Source: Sphingomonadaceae bacterium (GTDB taxonomy: Bacteria > Pseudomonadota > Alphaproteobacteria > Sphingomonadales > Sphingomonadaceae). From it: a stretch of DNA of 64,000 nt. The stretch covers positions 1,037,873 to 1,101,872 of the forward strand of contig CBDHCC010000001.1 in NCBI GenBank assembly GCA_965261015.1. Direction: 5' to 3'. Each line of letters begins with the position of its first letter. Position 1 is the stretch's first letter. Under the pieces are notes generated by a model. It searched no databases, had not been told where the DNA came from, and saw nothing but the letters and a program-made list of their open reading frames with translations. This document shows, in pieces, positions 8,586 to 18,029 of this stretch. The translations under genes and the position numbers were made by a program.

Positions 8586-10112
8586 ATGCGCGCCATCCAC
8601 CACGTCCTCGCCGCCGGAGCGGGGCCTCAGGCGGGCCGCACGCACGACGTGTTCGACCCCAACACCGGGCAGGTGCAGGCGCAGGTCGGGCTGGGCGACG
8701 CCGCCGTTCTGCAGACCGCCGTCGACTCCGCGCTCGCCGTCCAGCCCGAATGGGCCGCCACCAACCCGCAAAAGCGCGCGCGCCTGTTCTTCCGCTTCAA
8801 GGAGCTGGTCGAGGCCAACATCGACGAGCTGGCCCACCTGCTGTCCTCCGAACACGGCAAGGTCGTGGCCGACGCGCGCGGCGACGTGCAGCGCGGGCTG
8901 GACGTGGTCGAGTTCGCCTGCGGCATCCCGCACGTCCTGAAGGGCGAGTTCACCCAAGGGGCGGGGCCGGGGATCGACGTCTATTCGATGCGCCAGCCGA
9001 TCGGCATCGGCGCGGGGATCACGCCGTTCAACTTTCCCGCCATGATCCCGATGTGGATGTTCGCGCCCGCGATCGCGTGCGGCAACGCGTTCATCCTGAA
9101 ACCCTCCGAGCGCGACCCCTCCGTGCCCGTCCGCCTGGTGGAACTGTTCCGGGAGGCGGGCGCGCCCGACGGGCTGTTGCAGCTGGTCAACGGCGACAAG
9201 GAGATGGTGGACGCGATCCTGGACCATCCGGCGATCGGCGCGGTCAGCTTCGTGGGCTCGTCCGACATCGCGCACCACGTCTATCGGCGCGGGGTCGCGG
9301 CCGGCAAGCGGGTGCAGGCGATGGGTGGGGCCAAGAACCACGGGGTCGTCCTGCCCGACGCCGACCTGGACCAGGTGGTGAGCGACCTGACCGGCGCGGC
9401 GTTCGGATCGGCGGGGGAACGCTGCATGGCGCTGCCCGTCGTCGTGCCGGTCGGCGACGACACGGCGGATGCGCTGCGCGAGCGGCTGATCCCCGCGATG
9501 GACGCGCTGCGCGTCGGCGTGTCGACCGATGAGGAGGCGCATTACGGCCCCATGGTGACCGCCGAACAGCGCGACCGGGTGGAGGGCTGGATCGCCAAGG
9601 GGGTCGAGGAGGGCGCGGAGCTGGTGGTCGACGGCCGCGGCTTCGCGCTCCAGGGGCACGAGGAGGGCTTCTTCATCGGCCCGTCGCTGTTCGACCGGGT
9701 GACGCCCGACATGAGCGCGTACCGGGAGGAGATCTTCGGCCCCGTCCTCCAGATCGTCCGCGCAAAAACCTTTGACGAAGCGGTGCGCCTGCCAAGCGAG
9801 CACCAGTACGGCAACGGCGTCGCCATCTTCACCCGCAACGGCCACGCCGCGCGCGAGTTCGCCCAGCGAGTGAACGTCGGCATGGTGGGCGTGAACGTGC
9901 CGATCCCGGTGCCCGTCGCCTACCACTCCTTTGGCGGCTGGAAGCGCAGCGCGTTCGGCGACATGGGCCAGCACGGGATGGAGGGCGTGCGCTTCTGGAC
10001 CAAGCTGAAGACGGTGACCCAGAGGTGGCCCGACGGCGCGGCGGAAACGCCCCGGGCGGAGGACGGCGGCCCGGCGAACACGGACGCCTTCGTCATCCCG
10101 ACGATGGGGTGA
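8586..10112 (+). CDS. mmsA: Methylmalonate-semialdehyde dehydrogenase (CoA-acylating)
   Basis: Aldehyde dehydrogenase family of 508 aa (FNFPAMIPMWMF, GERCMA catalytic Cys region). Sits in a valine catabolic operon. ATG 8586 follows CAGGAGAGA. Confidence 0.9.
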   Translation: MRAIHHVLAAGAGPQAGRTHDVFDPNTGQVQAQVGLGDAAVLQTAVDSALAVQPEWAATNPQKRARLFFRFKELVEANIDELAHLLSSEHGKVVADARGDVQRGLDVVEFACGIPHVLKGEFTQGAGPGIDVYSMRQPIGIGAGITPFNFPAMIPMWMFAPAIACGNAFILKPSERDPSVPVRLVELFREAGAPDGLLQLVNGDKEMVDAILDHPAIGAVSFVGSSDIAHHVYRRGVAAGKRVQAMGGAKNHGVVLPDADLDQVVSDLTGAAFGSAGERCMALPVVVPVGDDTADALRERLIPAMDALRVGVSTDEEAHYGPMVTAEQRDRVEGWIAKGVEEGAELVVDGRGFALQGHEEGFFIGPSLFDRVTPDMSAYREEIFGPVLQIVRAKTFDEAVRLPSEHQYGNGVAIFTRNGHAAREFAQRVNVGMVGVNVPIPVPVAYHSFGGWKRSAFGDMGQHGMEGVRFWTKLKTVTQRWPDGAAETPRAEDGGPANTDAFVIPTMG

Positions 10113-10513
10113 TGGGCGGGGCCCACGACCTGTCGGGCCTGTGGTCCGGGTCCTACGGCTATCCGCCCGGCACGGGTCCGGTCACCGGCTTCACTTGCCT
10201 GCTGCTCGACAATGACGGCGAGCTGAGCGGTTCCACGAGTGAGCGGTCGGAGTCCGGCGGGCGGGAGCGTGCCGTGGTGCAGGGTCGCCGGGCCGGTCGC
10301 TCCGTCACCTTTCTGAAGACATATGACGGCGCCGGTGCCTATGCCCACGGCGTCGCTTATGCCGGCGAGCTCGATGGGGACGCGACGACCCTTATCGGCC
10401 GGTGGAAGCTTGAGCGTTGGACCGGCCCTTTCGTCATGTCGCGCCCCCTTCCGGTGACGGCGGACCGGCAGGTGGAGCGCGGCGAACCGCTCCCGATCAG
10501 ACCGGTCCGATGA
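10112..10513 (+). CDS. Hypothetical protein (133 aa)
   Basis: ATGA overlap with the mmsA stop and high third-position GC. Sequence reads GLWSGSYGYP...IGRWKLERWTGPFVM. No family recognised. Confidence 0.55.
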   Translation: MGGAHDLSGLWSGSYGYPPGTGPVTGFTCLLLDNDGELSGSTSERSESGGRERAVVQGRRAGRSVTFLKTYDGAGAYAHGVAYAGELDGDATTLIGRWKLERWTGPFVMSRPLPVTADRQVERGEPLPIRPVR

Positions 10514-10971
10514 TGCGCCCTTTGTTCCTGCGCTTGCCGCCGCTTGCCCTTGTGCTCCTCTCGACCGCCTGCGGACCGAGCGCGGAGCAAGCAGCAGCTG
10601 ACGCGCGCGCTCTGGACGCGCAACTGACCGCCCAGACCATCGACGGTCGACCCGCGCCGGCCAAGCGCACGCCCGACCGGCTCGACGCCATTCCCGATGC
10701 GTTCCGGGGCCGCTGGGCAACCCAGGGAGATTGCGGCGCGGGCGCTCCGATGGCGCTCACGATCGAACGCGACACGCTGCGCTTCGCCGGGCGGACCGGG
10801 CGGGCCGACTACATCCTGCGCGCCGGCCCGCGCGAGATCTCGCTCGAGCTGACCGTCACGGATGGCGGCGAGCGCCGGTCGGACTCCACCAGCCTCACGC
10901 TCCAGCCCGACGGCCGCCTGCGCCGGTCCGACCCCGACGGCACTCAGGTCGCCTACACGCGGTGTCGGTGA
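10510..10971 (+). CDS. Putative lipoprotein (153 aa)
   Basis: MMRPLFLRLPPLALVLLSTAC is a signal peptide with a lipobox Cys. ATGA overlap with the previous ORF. Confidence 0.6.
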   Translation: MMRPLFLRLPPLALVLLSTACGPSAEQAAADARALDAQLTAQTIDGRPAPAKRTPDRLDAIPDAFRGRWATQGDCGAGAPMALTIERDTLRFAGRTGRADYILRAGPREISLELTVTDGGERRSDSTSLTLQPDGRLRRSDPDGTQVAYTRCR

Positions 10972-11351
10972 AGCGGCGCGCCACCTCCGGATCGCCCTAC
11001 GAAGCCGCGATCGGCTTTTCCCGCGCGATCCGCGTCGGCCAGCGCGTGCTGGTGTCGGGCACCGGGCCGGTCGAACCGGATGGGACCACCACGCCCGGCG
11101 ACGCGGGCGCGCAGGCGGAGCGGGTGTTCGCCATCATGGTCGCCGCGATCGGGGAGTTGGGCGGAACCGCGCGGGACGTGGTGCGCACCCGCATCTTCCT
11201 GACCGACGCCGCGGATGCCGATTCGGTGGCGGCGGTCCATGCTCGCTGGTTCGCGGACACGCGCCCGGCGGCCACGATGGTGGTGGTCGCCGGGCTGCTG
11301 CGTGCCGAATGGCGGGTGGAGGTGGAGGGCGAGGCGGTGCTAGGGGGCTGA
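10968..11351 (+). CDS. RidA/YjgF/L-PSP family protein
   Basis: GTG start in a GTGA overlap. Contains GFSRAIRVGQRVLVSGTGP...VRTRIFLTD...RPAATMVVVAGL, typical of the RidA family. Confidence 0.8.
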   Translation: MKRRATSGSPYEAAIGFSRAIRVGQRVLVSGTGPVEPDGTTTPGDAGAQAERVFAIMVAAIGELGGTARDVVRTRIFLTDAADADSVAAVHARWFADTRPAATMVVVAGLLRAEWRVEVEGEAVLGG

Positions 11352-11352
11352 C

Positions 11353-12498
11353 ATGCAGACCCAATTCGACCTGACCCCCGACCAGCGCGAGATCCAGGAC
11401 CTCGCCCGCCGCTTCACCGCCGACGCGATCACGCCCCACGCGGCCAAGTGGGACGAGGAGCACATTTTTCCGCGCGACACCGTCAAACAGGCGGCCGCGC
11501 TGGGCTTCGGTTCCATCTATGTGTCGGAGGAGTCGGGCGGCATCGGCCTGGGCCGGCTGGAGGCGGCGTTGATCATGGAGGCGATGGCCTATGGCTGTCC
11601 GTCGACCTCCGCCTTCATCTCGATCCACAACATGGCGTCGTGGATGATCGACCGGTTCGGGTCGGACGAGGTGAAAGCCAAATACCTGCCCGACCTGATC
11701 GGGTGCGACCGCATCGCGTCCTACGCGCTCACCGAACCGTCGTCGGGGTCCGACGCCGCCGCGCTCAAGACCAGGGCGGTGCTCGACGGCGACCATTACG
11801 TCGTGACCGGCACGAAACAGTTCATCTCCGGTGGCGGCGAGAACGAGGTCTATGTCGCGATGGTCCGCACGGGCGAGGACGGGCCGGGGGGCATCAGCTG
11901 CGTCGTCGTCGAAAAGGACATGGCCGGCGTGTCGTTCGGCGCGCAGGAGCGGAAGCTCGGCTGGCATTCCCAGCCCACGGCCCAGCTCGTGCTCGAAGAG
12001 GTGCGCGTGCCGGTCGCCAACCGGGTGGGCGGAGAGGGCGAGGGGTTCCGCATCGCCATGATGGGGCTGGACGGCGGGCGGCTGAACATCGGCGCGTGCT
12101 CGCTGGGCGGGGCGCAACGCTGCCTGGACGAGGCGGTCGGCTACACCAAGGAGCGCCAGCAATTCGGTCGCCCGGTCGCCGACTTTCAGAACACGCAGTT
12201 CACGCTGGCCGACATGGCCACCGACCTGGAGGCGGCCCGCGCGCTCCTCTATGTGGCGGCCGCCAAGGTGACGGCGAACGCGCCCGACAAGACCCGCTTC
12301 GCCGCCATGGCCAAGCGGCTGGCGACCGATTCGGGGTCGAAGATCGTCAACGACGCGCTGCAGCTGTTCGGCGGCTATGGCTATCTGCAGGACTACCCGA
12401 TCGAACGCTTCTGGCGCGACCTCAGGGTGCACTCGATCCTGGAGGGGACCAACCAGATCATGCGGATGATCGTCGGCCGCGACCTGGTGCGGCAGTGA
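11353..12498 (+). CDS. Acyl-CoA dehydrogenase (isobutyryl-CoA dehydrogenase-like)
   Basis: 381 aa with ACAD motifs (YALTEPSSGSDAAAL, QLFGGYGYLQDYPIERFWRD). Valine operon context. Confidence 0.9.
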   Translation: MQTQFDLTPDQREIQDLARRFTADAITPHAAKWDEEHIFPRDTVKQAAALGFGSIYVSEESGGIGLGRLEAALIMEAMAYGCPSTSAFISIHNMASWMIDRFGSDEVKAKYLPDLIGCDRIASYALTEPSSGSDAAALKTRAVLDGDHYVVTGTKQFISGGGENEVYVAMVRTGEDGPGGISCVVVEKDMAGVSFGAQERKLGWHSQPTAQLVLEEVRVPVANRVGGEGEGFRIAMMGLDGGRLNIGACSLGGAQRCLDEAVGYTKERQQFGRPVADFQNTQFTLADMATDLEAARALLYVAAAKVTANAPDKTRFAAMAKRLATDSGSKIVNDALQLFGGYGYLQDYPIERFWRDLRVHSILEGTNQIMRMIVGRDLVRQ

Positions 12499-12508
12499 TG
12501 GGGGTGAG

Positions 12509-12697
12509 CAGTTCCTCCCCGAGCTCGCTCGGGGAGGGGGACCGCACGCAGTGCGGTGGAGGGGTATGGCTCCACACCCCTCCACCACTCCGCTTTGCGG
12601 AGAGTGTCGGGTCGGATCGTCCCCCGGACGATCCTCGCCATGCCGGGGGCATGGCGACCCGCCACTCCCCCTCCCCAAGACAAGCTTGGGGAGGAAT
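12509..12697. repeat. Repeat family A, composite copy with four or more nested hairpins
   Basis: CAGTTCCTCCCCGAGCTCGCTCGGGGAGGGGGACCGC, then GTGGAGGGGT..ACCCCTCCAC, then CCCCGGCATGGCGA-type hairpins, then CTCCCCAAGACAAGCTTGGGGAG. Fills the spacer between two operon genes. Confidence 0.75.
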
Positions 12698-12701
12698 TTA
12701 G

Positions 12702-13740
12702 ATGGACATTCTCACCACCACCGCACCCACCGCCCGCATCCGCCTGAACCGGCCCAAGGCGCTCCACGCGCTCACCCAGCCGATGTGCGAGGCGATCACG
12801 GCCGCGCTCCTCGACTGGCGCGCCGACCCGGACGTGCGCCTCGATCCTCATCGACCACGCCGAGGGCCGCGGCTTCTGCGCGGGCGGCGACATCCGGATG
12901 CTGGCGGAGAGCGGGGCGGCGGACGGGCGGGCGGCGCGCGACTTCTTCCGGGCGGAGTACCGGATGAACCACCTGCTGTTCACCTACGCCAAGCCGATCG
13001 TGGCGGTCATGGACGGCATCACGATGGGCGGCGGTGTGGGCATCGCGCTGCCCGCCAGCCACCGGATCGCGACCGAGAACACGCGCCTCGCCATGCCGGA
13101 GACGGGCATCGGCCTGTTCCCCGACGTGGGCGGCGGCTGGTATCTCTCCCGCCTGCCCGGGCAGGTCGGCAAGTTCCTGGCGCTGACCGGCGCGCGGCTG
13201 GACGGGCCGGAAGCCCTCGCGCTGGGGCTCGCCACGCATTTCGTCCCTGCCGAGCGGCTAGACGCGCTCAAATCCGACCTGGTCGCCGACCCCGGTTGTC
13301 TGGACGCCATCCTCGACCACCACGCGGCCGAGCCGCCGCCCGCCCGGATCGAGAGCAATCGGGAGGCGATCGACCGGCTGTTCGCGGCCGAAACGCTGGA
13401 GCAGATCGTCGCCGACCTGGGGGCGGACGGGGGCGAATGGGCGACCAAGGAGCTCGCCACGCTGCGCACCAAATCGCCCCAGTCCTGCAAGGTGGCGCTG
13501 CGCCAGTTGCGCGAGGGCGCGCGGCTGACCGACTTCGCCGACGAAATGCGGATGGAATACGGCATCGCGGCCCACATCGTGCAGCGTCACGACTTCATCG
13601 AGGGCGTGCGCGCGCTGATCGTGGACAAGGACAACGCGCCCCGCTGGGACCCCGCCACGCCGGAGGGGGTCACCGACGGACTGATCGACACCATCTTCGC
13701 GCCCGTCCCGGACGAACGAGCATGGACGCCGATCTCGTGA
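12702..13740 (+). pseudogene. 3-hydroxyisobutyryl-CoA hydrolase (crotonase superfamily) interrupted by an apparent +1 frameshift near 12843
   Basis: The N-terminus MDILTTTAPTARIRLNRPKALHALTQPMCEAITAALLDWRADPDVRL is in the frame of 12702. The remainder, ILIDHAEGRGFCAGGDIRMLAESG...MGGGVGIALPASHRIATENTRLAMPETGIGLFPDVGG, is in the frame of 12898. Confidence 0.8.
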
Positions 13741-13749
13741 GCCGATGGT

Positions 13750-13855
13750 CCCCTCCCTGCAAGGGAGGGGCTCGGGGTGGGTGGCGTTGGCGAAGCCGAG
13801 CCACCGACGCTCGCTGCGCTCGCACCCACCCCAACCCCTCCCTAGAAGGGAGGGG
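13750..13855. repeat. Repeat family A-like nested palindrome
   Basis: CCCCTCCCTGCAAGGGAGGGG ... GGGGTGGGTGG..CCACCCACCCC ... CCCCTCCCTAGAAGGGAGGGG. Lies in an operon spacer. Confidence 0.7.
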
Positions 13856-13885
13856 CGACTCCGAACCTAGCCGAGACACTACACC

Positions 13886-14656
13886 ATGCCCGACACCCTG
13901 CTGATCGACCGCCGCGACGCCGTCACCCTCGTCACGCTGAACCGGCCCAAGGCGCTGAACGCGCTGAACAGCCAGGTGCTGGACGAGCTGAACGAGGCGA
14001 TGGCGGAACTGGACCGCGACCCGGGGCAGCGCTGCGCCGTCCTCACGGGATCGGCCAAGGCGTTCGCGGCGGGCGCCGACATCAAGGAGATGGCGGATCA
14101 GGGCTTCGCGTCGATGTATTCGCACGATTTCTTCGCCGGCTGGGACCGGTTCGCCGCCACCCGCAAGCCGGTGGTGGCGGCGGTCGCCGGCTATGCGCTG
14201 GGCGGCGGGTGCGAGCTGGCGATGATGTGCGACCTCATCCTGGCCGCCGACACGGCGACCTTCGGCCAGCCGGAGATCAAGCTGGGCGTGACGCCGGGGA
14301 TGGGCGGGTCGCAGCGGCTCACCCGCGCGGTCGGCAAGGCCAAGGCGATGGAGATGTGCCTGACCGGCCGCACGATGGGCGCGGACGAGGCGGAGCGGGC
14401 CGGGCTGGTCGCCCGCGTCGTGCCGGCCGCCGACCTGGTGGACGAGGCGATGACGCTGGCGACCACGATCGCGGCCATGCCCCCGCTCGCCGCTCTGGCG
14501 GTGAAGGAGCAGGTGAACGCCGCCTACGAGACGACCTTGGCGCAGGGTGTGAAGTACGAACGGAGGCTGTTCCACGGCCTGTTCGGCACCGCCGACCAAT
14601 CGGAGGGCATGGCGGCGTTCGTCGCCAAGCGACCCGGCGTGTTCAAAGGCGAGTGA
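13886..14656 (+). CDS. Enoyl-CoA hydratase (crotonase)
   Basis: 256 aa with [21 protein letters not shown] and [15 protein letters not shown] motifs. Confidence 0.9.
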   Translation: MPDTLLIDRRDAVTLVTLNRPKALNALNSQVLDELNEAMAELDRDPGQRCAVLTGSAKAFAAGADIKEMADQGFASMYSHDFFAGWDRFAATRKPVVAAVAGYALGGGCELAMMCDLILAADTATFGQPEIKLGVTPGMGGSQRLTRAVGKAKAMEMCLTGRTMGADEAERAGLVARVVPAADLVDEAMTLATTIAAMPPLAALAVKEQVNAAYETTLAQGVKYERRLFHGLFGTADQSEGMAAFVAKRPGVFKGE

Positions 14657-14834
14657 GAACCTGTCTGGTTCCTTATGCTTGACTTTCGTGCCGCATCGTC
14701 CTAACGCGCGGCCATGCCTATTCGTTATCCTACCCCCTTCGCGCCCGCCCACGCGCGCGCGTCCGCGCGGGCACGCCCGCCCGTGCGCGCCCACACCCGC
14801 ACCCGCACGCGCCGCCGCGCACTCGCCCGCGCCT

Positions 14835-14884
14835 GCGCAGTGGAGGGACTTTCGAGAGACCTTCGGCGGTTTTCCGCCAATCCC
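14835..14884 (+). repeat. Repeat family B (50-nt element containing the GGCGGTTTTCCGCC hairpin), copy 1, ending 20 nt upstream of mmsB
   Basis: GCGCAGTGGAGGGACTTTCGAGAGACCTTCGGCGGTTTTCCGCCAATCCC matches the reverse complement of 38149..38198 at 44 of 50 positions. Confidence 0.8.
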
Positions 14885-14904
14885 ATTTTGCACTGGAGCG
14901 CCTC

Positions 14905-15795
14905 ATGACGACGATCGCCATCATCGGTTTGGGCCATATGGGTTCTGGCATGGCCGCCAATCTGGCCAAGGCGGGGCACGATGTCCGCGCCTTCGACCTG
15001 TCCGCCGACGCGCTCGACCGGGCCAAGGCGGCGGGCTGTTTGCCGGCCGCCTCCGTCTCGCAGGCCGTGGCGGACGCGGAGGCGGTCGTCACCATGCTGC
15101 CGGCCGGTGCCCATGTCCGCGAGGTCTATGAAGGCGAGGTGTTCGCCGGCGCGCGGCCCGACACCCTGCTGATCGACTGTTCGACCATCGACGTGGCGAC
15201 CGCGCGCGACCTGGCGGACGCCGCGCGCGCCAAGGGGTTGGAGGCGGTGGACGCGCCCGTGTCGGGCGGGATCGCGGCGTCGGCGGCGGGCTCGCTCACC
15301 TTTATGGTGGGCGGCACGGATCGCGGGTTCGAGCGCGCCCAGGCGATCCTGGCCGACATGGGCAAGGCCGTGATCCACGCCGGCGGGGCCGGGGCGGGGC
15401 AGGCCGCAAAAATCTGCAACAACATGCTGTTGGGCGCGACCATGGTGGCGACGGCCGAGTCCTTCGTGCTCGCTCAGTCGCTGGGTCTGGACCCGCAGGT
15501 CTTCTACGACATCGCGTCCAAGGCGTCGGGGCAGAGCTGGTCGATGACCAGTTACTGCCCGGTGCCCGGCGTCGGCCCCGACAGCCCGGCCGATCACGGG
15601 TACGAAGGCGGCTTCGGCGCGCCCCTGATGCTGAAGGACCTCCGGCTGAGCCAGGCGGCCGCGCGCGAGGCGGGGACGCTGACACCGATGGGCGAGCGCG
15701 CGACCGAGCTGTACGAGGCGTTCGTGGCCGGCGGCGGCGCGGAGCACGACTTCTCGGCCATCATCCACACGCTGGGGGGCGCCGTCGATGCGTGA
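14905..15795 (+). CDS. mmsB: 3-hydroxyisobutyrate dehydrogenase
   Basis: [17 protein letters not shown] Rossmann N-terminus. 296 aa in the HIBADH family. Valine operon context. Confidence 0.9.
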   Translation: MTTIAIIGLGHMGSGMAANLAKAGHDVRAFDLSADALDRAKAAGCLPAASVSQAVADAEAVVTMLPAGAHVREVYEGEVFAGARPDTLLIDCSTIDVATARDLADAARAKGLEAVDAPVSGGIAASAAGSLTFMVGGTDRGFERAQAILADMGKAVIHAGGAGAGQAAKICNNMLLGATMVATAESFVLAQSLGLDPQVFYDIASKASGQSWSMTSYCPVPGVGPDSPADHGYEGGFGAPLMLKDLRLSQAAAREAGTLTPMGERATELYEAFVAGGGAEHDFSAIIHTLGGAVDA

Positions 15796-16984
15796 GGCCG
15801 CGATCGTCGCCACCGCTCGCACCGGCGTGGGCAAGGCCTATCGCGGTGCCTTCAACCAGACGGAGGCCCCGGTCCTGACCGCCCATGTTGCGCGCGCCGC
15901 CCTGGACCGCGCCGGCATCGACCCCGCCCGGGTGGAGGACCTGGTGCTGGGCTGCGGCAACCAGTGGGGCACGCAGGCGGCCAATCTGGCGCGCCTGACC
16001 GTGCTGGCCGCCGACCTGCCGCTGACGATCCCCGGCGTCACGGTGGACCGCAAATGCGCCAGCGGCCTGAACGCCGTCGCGATCGCCGCGCGCGCGATCG
16101 CGATGGGCGACGCCGACGTGATGATGGCGGGCGGGGCCGAAGTGATCTCGATGACCGTTGGGCCGGACGCGCCGCGCCGCATCAACCAGTCCGTCACCGT
16201 CAAGGCCCCCCACGCCTACATGGCGATGATCGAGACGGCGGAGATCGTGGCGGAGCGCTACGGCGTCAGCCGCGAGGCGCAGGACGCGTTCGCCGCCCAG
16301 TCGCAAACCCGCGCCGCCGCCGCGCGGGAGGCGGGTCGGTTCGACGCGGAGATCGTGCCGGTCACGGTCGACAGCCTGGTGAAACCCAAGGAGGGCGAGC
16401 CGCGCGTCGAGCGCGTGACCCTGGCCGCCGACGAGGGCGTGCGGCCCGGCACCACGGTGGAGGCGCTCGCCCAGCTCAAACCCGTCTGGTCGGGCGGCGA
16501 GGTGGTGGCCCAGGGGCGCTGTGTCACGGCCGGCAATGCCAGCCAGCTGTCCGACGGCGCGTCCCTGCAGGTCCTGATGGACCGCGCGACGGCGCAGGCG
16601 GAGGGGCTGGACGTGCTGGGCGTCTTCCGCGGCTTCGCGGCGGCGGGCTGCGCGCCCGAGGAGATGGGGATCGGGCCGGTGCTGGCGGTGCCCAAGCTGC
16701 TCGACCGGCACGGACTGACGGTGGACGACATCGACCTGTGGGAGCTGAACGAAGCGTTCGCGTCCCAGGCGCTCTATTGCCGCGACCGGCTCGGCATCGA
16801 CCCGGATCGGCTGAACGTGAATGGCGGCGCGATCGCGATCGGCCACCCGTTCGGCATGACGGGCAGTCGGCTGGTGGGCCATGCTTTGTTGGAGGGGCGG
16901 CGGCGCGGCGCGCGCTTCGCCGTGGTGACGATGTGCGTCGCCGGCGGCATGGGGGCCGCCGGGCTGTTCGAGATCGCGGGCTAG
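15788..16984 (+). CDS. Acetyl-CoA C-acyltransferase (thiolase)
   Basis: 398 aa with [12 protein letters not shown] (active-site Cys) and [15 protein letters not shown]...MCVAGGMG motifs. Confidence 0.9.
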   Translation: MREAAIVATARTGVGKAYRGAFNQTEAPVLTAHVARAALDRAGIDPARVEDLVLGCGNQWGTQAANLARLTVLAADLPLTIPGVTVDRKCASGLNAVAIAARAIAMGDADVMMAGGAEVISMTVGPDAPRRINQSVTVKAPHAYMAMIETAEIVAERYGVSREAQDAFAAQSQTRAAAAREAGRFDAEIVPVTVDSLVKPKEGEPRVERVTLAADEGVRPGTTVEALAQLKPVWSGGEVVAQGRCVTAGNASQLSDGASLQVLMDRATAQAEGLDVLGVFRGFAAAGCAPEEMGIGPVLAVPKLLDRHGLTVDDIDLWELNEAFASQALYCRDRLGIDPDRLNVNGGAIAIGHPFGMTGSRLVGHALLEGRRRGARFAVVTMCVAGGMGAAGLFEIAG

Positions 16985-17712
16985 AAGGGCGGCGGGTTGG
17001 CCGCGAGCGGGGGCGGACTGGGCGCGAAGGGCGGCAGGTCCGGCTGCGGCGTGTCGGCCGGGTAGAGGCTGCGCGCCAGGGCGAAGGTGCGCCGCGCCTC
17101 GTCCGCGCCGGGATCCAGCAGGCTGGTCCCGACCCAGCGCCAATGCCACGGCTCGTGCGCCACGCCCTGCCGGTTGCCTTCGGGGAACGACAGCTCCCAC
17201 CCGTAGGCCGCGGCGTTGGCGCTCAGCCAGCGGCCCACGCCCGTCTCCGCGAAACAGGCGCGCACGTCGCACCCCCGTCGGCGGCGGTCGGCGAAGTCGA
17301 CGGTGTAGCCGGTCGCGTGCTCCGAATGACCCGGCGGGGCCGATGTGCGGGCGCGCTGCGCGAGCGCGGCCACCGACCGGCCGCGCGAGCAATAGATGCC
17401 GGACTGGCGCGCGATCGAGCGATAGCAGGACAGCCCGCTGATGGCCTGGCCGACGGTGGGGTCGGCGCGCGCGGCGGCGACCAGCCGCTCCAGCGCCTCG
17501 GCCGCCGCGCCGCGCACCACCTGGCAGCCGGCGGTGCCAAAGCCGCGCGGCACGGGCGTCAGCTCCGCCGCCGGCGCCTGGTCATAGGGCAGATGGCCGA
17601 ACACGGCCTGGGTGGTCGGGTCGGCGGGCACGGGGGTGCCGCACGGCTCCGCCGCCTGCAGCGGGGTCGCCATCCAGACCGCCACCGCCGCCACCACAGT
17701 CCCTGTCCGCAT
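16981..17712 (-). CDS. Peptidase M15 (D-alanyl-D-alanine carboxypeptidase / VanY-like), secreted
   Basis: Signal peptide [23 protein letters not shown], and a [15 protein letters not shown] ... EPWHWRW zinc-site pattern. ATG at 17712. Confidence 0.8.
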   Translation of the reverse strand: MRTGTVVAAVAVWMATPLQAAEPCGTPVPADPTTQAVFGHLPYDQAPAAELTPVPRGFGTAGCQVVRGAAAEALERLVAAARADPTVGQAISGLSCYRSIARQSGIYCSRGRSVAALAQRARTSAPPGHSEHATGYTVDFADRRRRGCDVRACFAETGVGRWLSANAAAYGWELSFPEGNRQGVAHEPWHWRWVGTSLLDPGADEARRTFALARSLYPADTPQPDLPPFAPSPPPLAANPPPF

Positions 17713-18029
17713 CCACCGTCTCCTCGCCGCGACGACTAGCGGCGGGCGGGAGCGAGCGGAAGTGGCGGGCGCGCGGCACTGTCCCGCACCGGCACGAGTC
17801 GCCGCAAAGGAAAGGCAGACGGTTGCGATCTCGTTAAGACGGACCGGTGACCCACCGGATCCTCTTCGACCCCGCTCTTGGGCGCCACGCGCTGCGCCGC
17901 GCCCTCCCGCCCAGCGTGACGGTGATCCGGATAACGCGCCCGCCGTCCTTTGCACGCGACCTGCGCGAGTTCGGCGCGACGTTCCTGATCGCCTTCGTCA
18001 CCTTCCTGACGCTGTTCGGCTAACCGCCC

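Noticed and set aside
8388-9974. A 528-aa minus-strand ORF antisense to mmsA. Similar long shadow ORFs occur at 632..2482 (+), 11134..12678 (-), 13670..14893 (-), 15761..17392 (-), 21172..22290 (-), 39974..41704 (+), 49431..51317 (+), 53136..55691 (+), 53287..54834 (-), 54934..56661 (-), 59369..61465 (-) and 61624..63759 (-).
   Set aside because: Each overlaps a confidently identified gene on the other strand or in another frame, and each translates to R/G/A/P/H-rich sequence without motifs.
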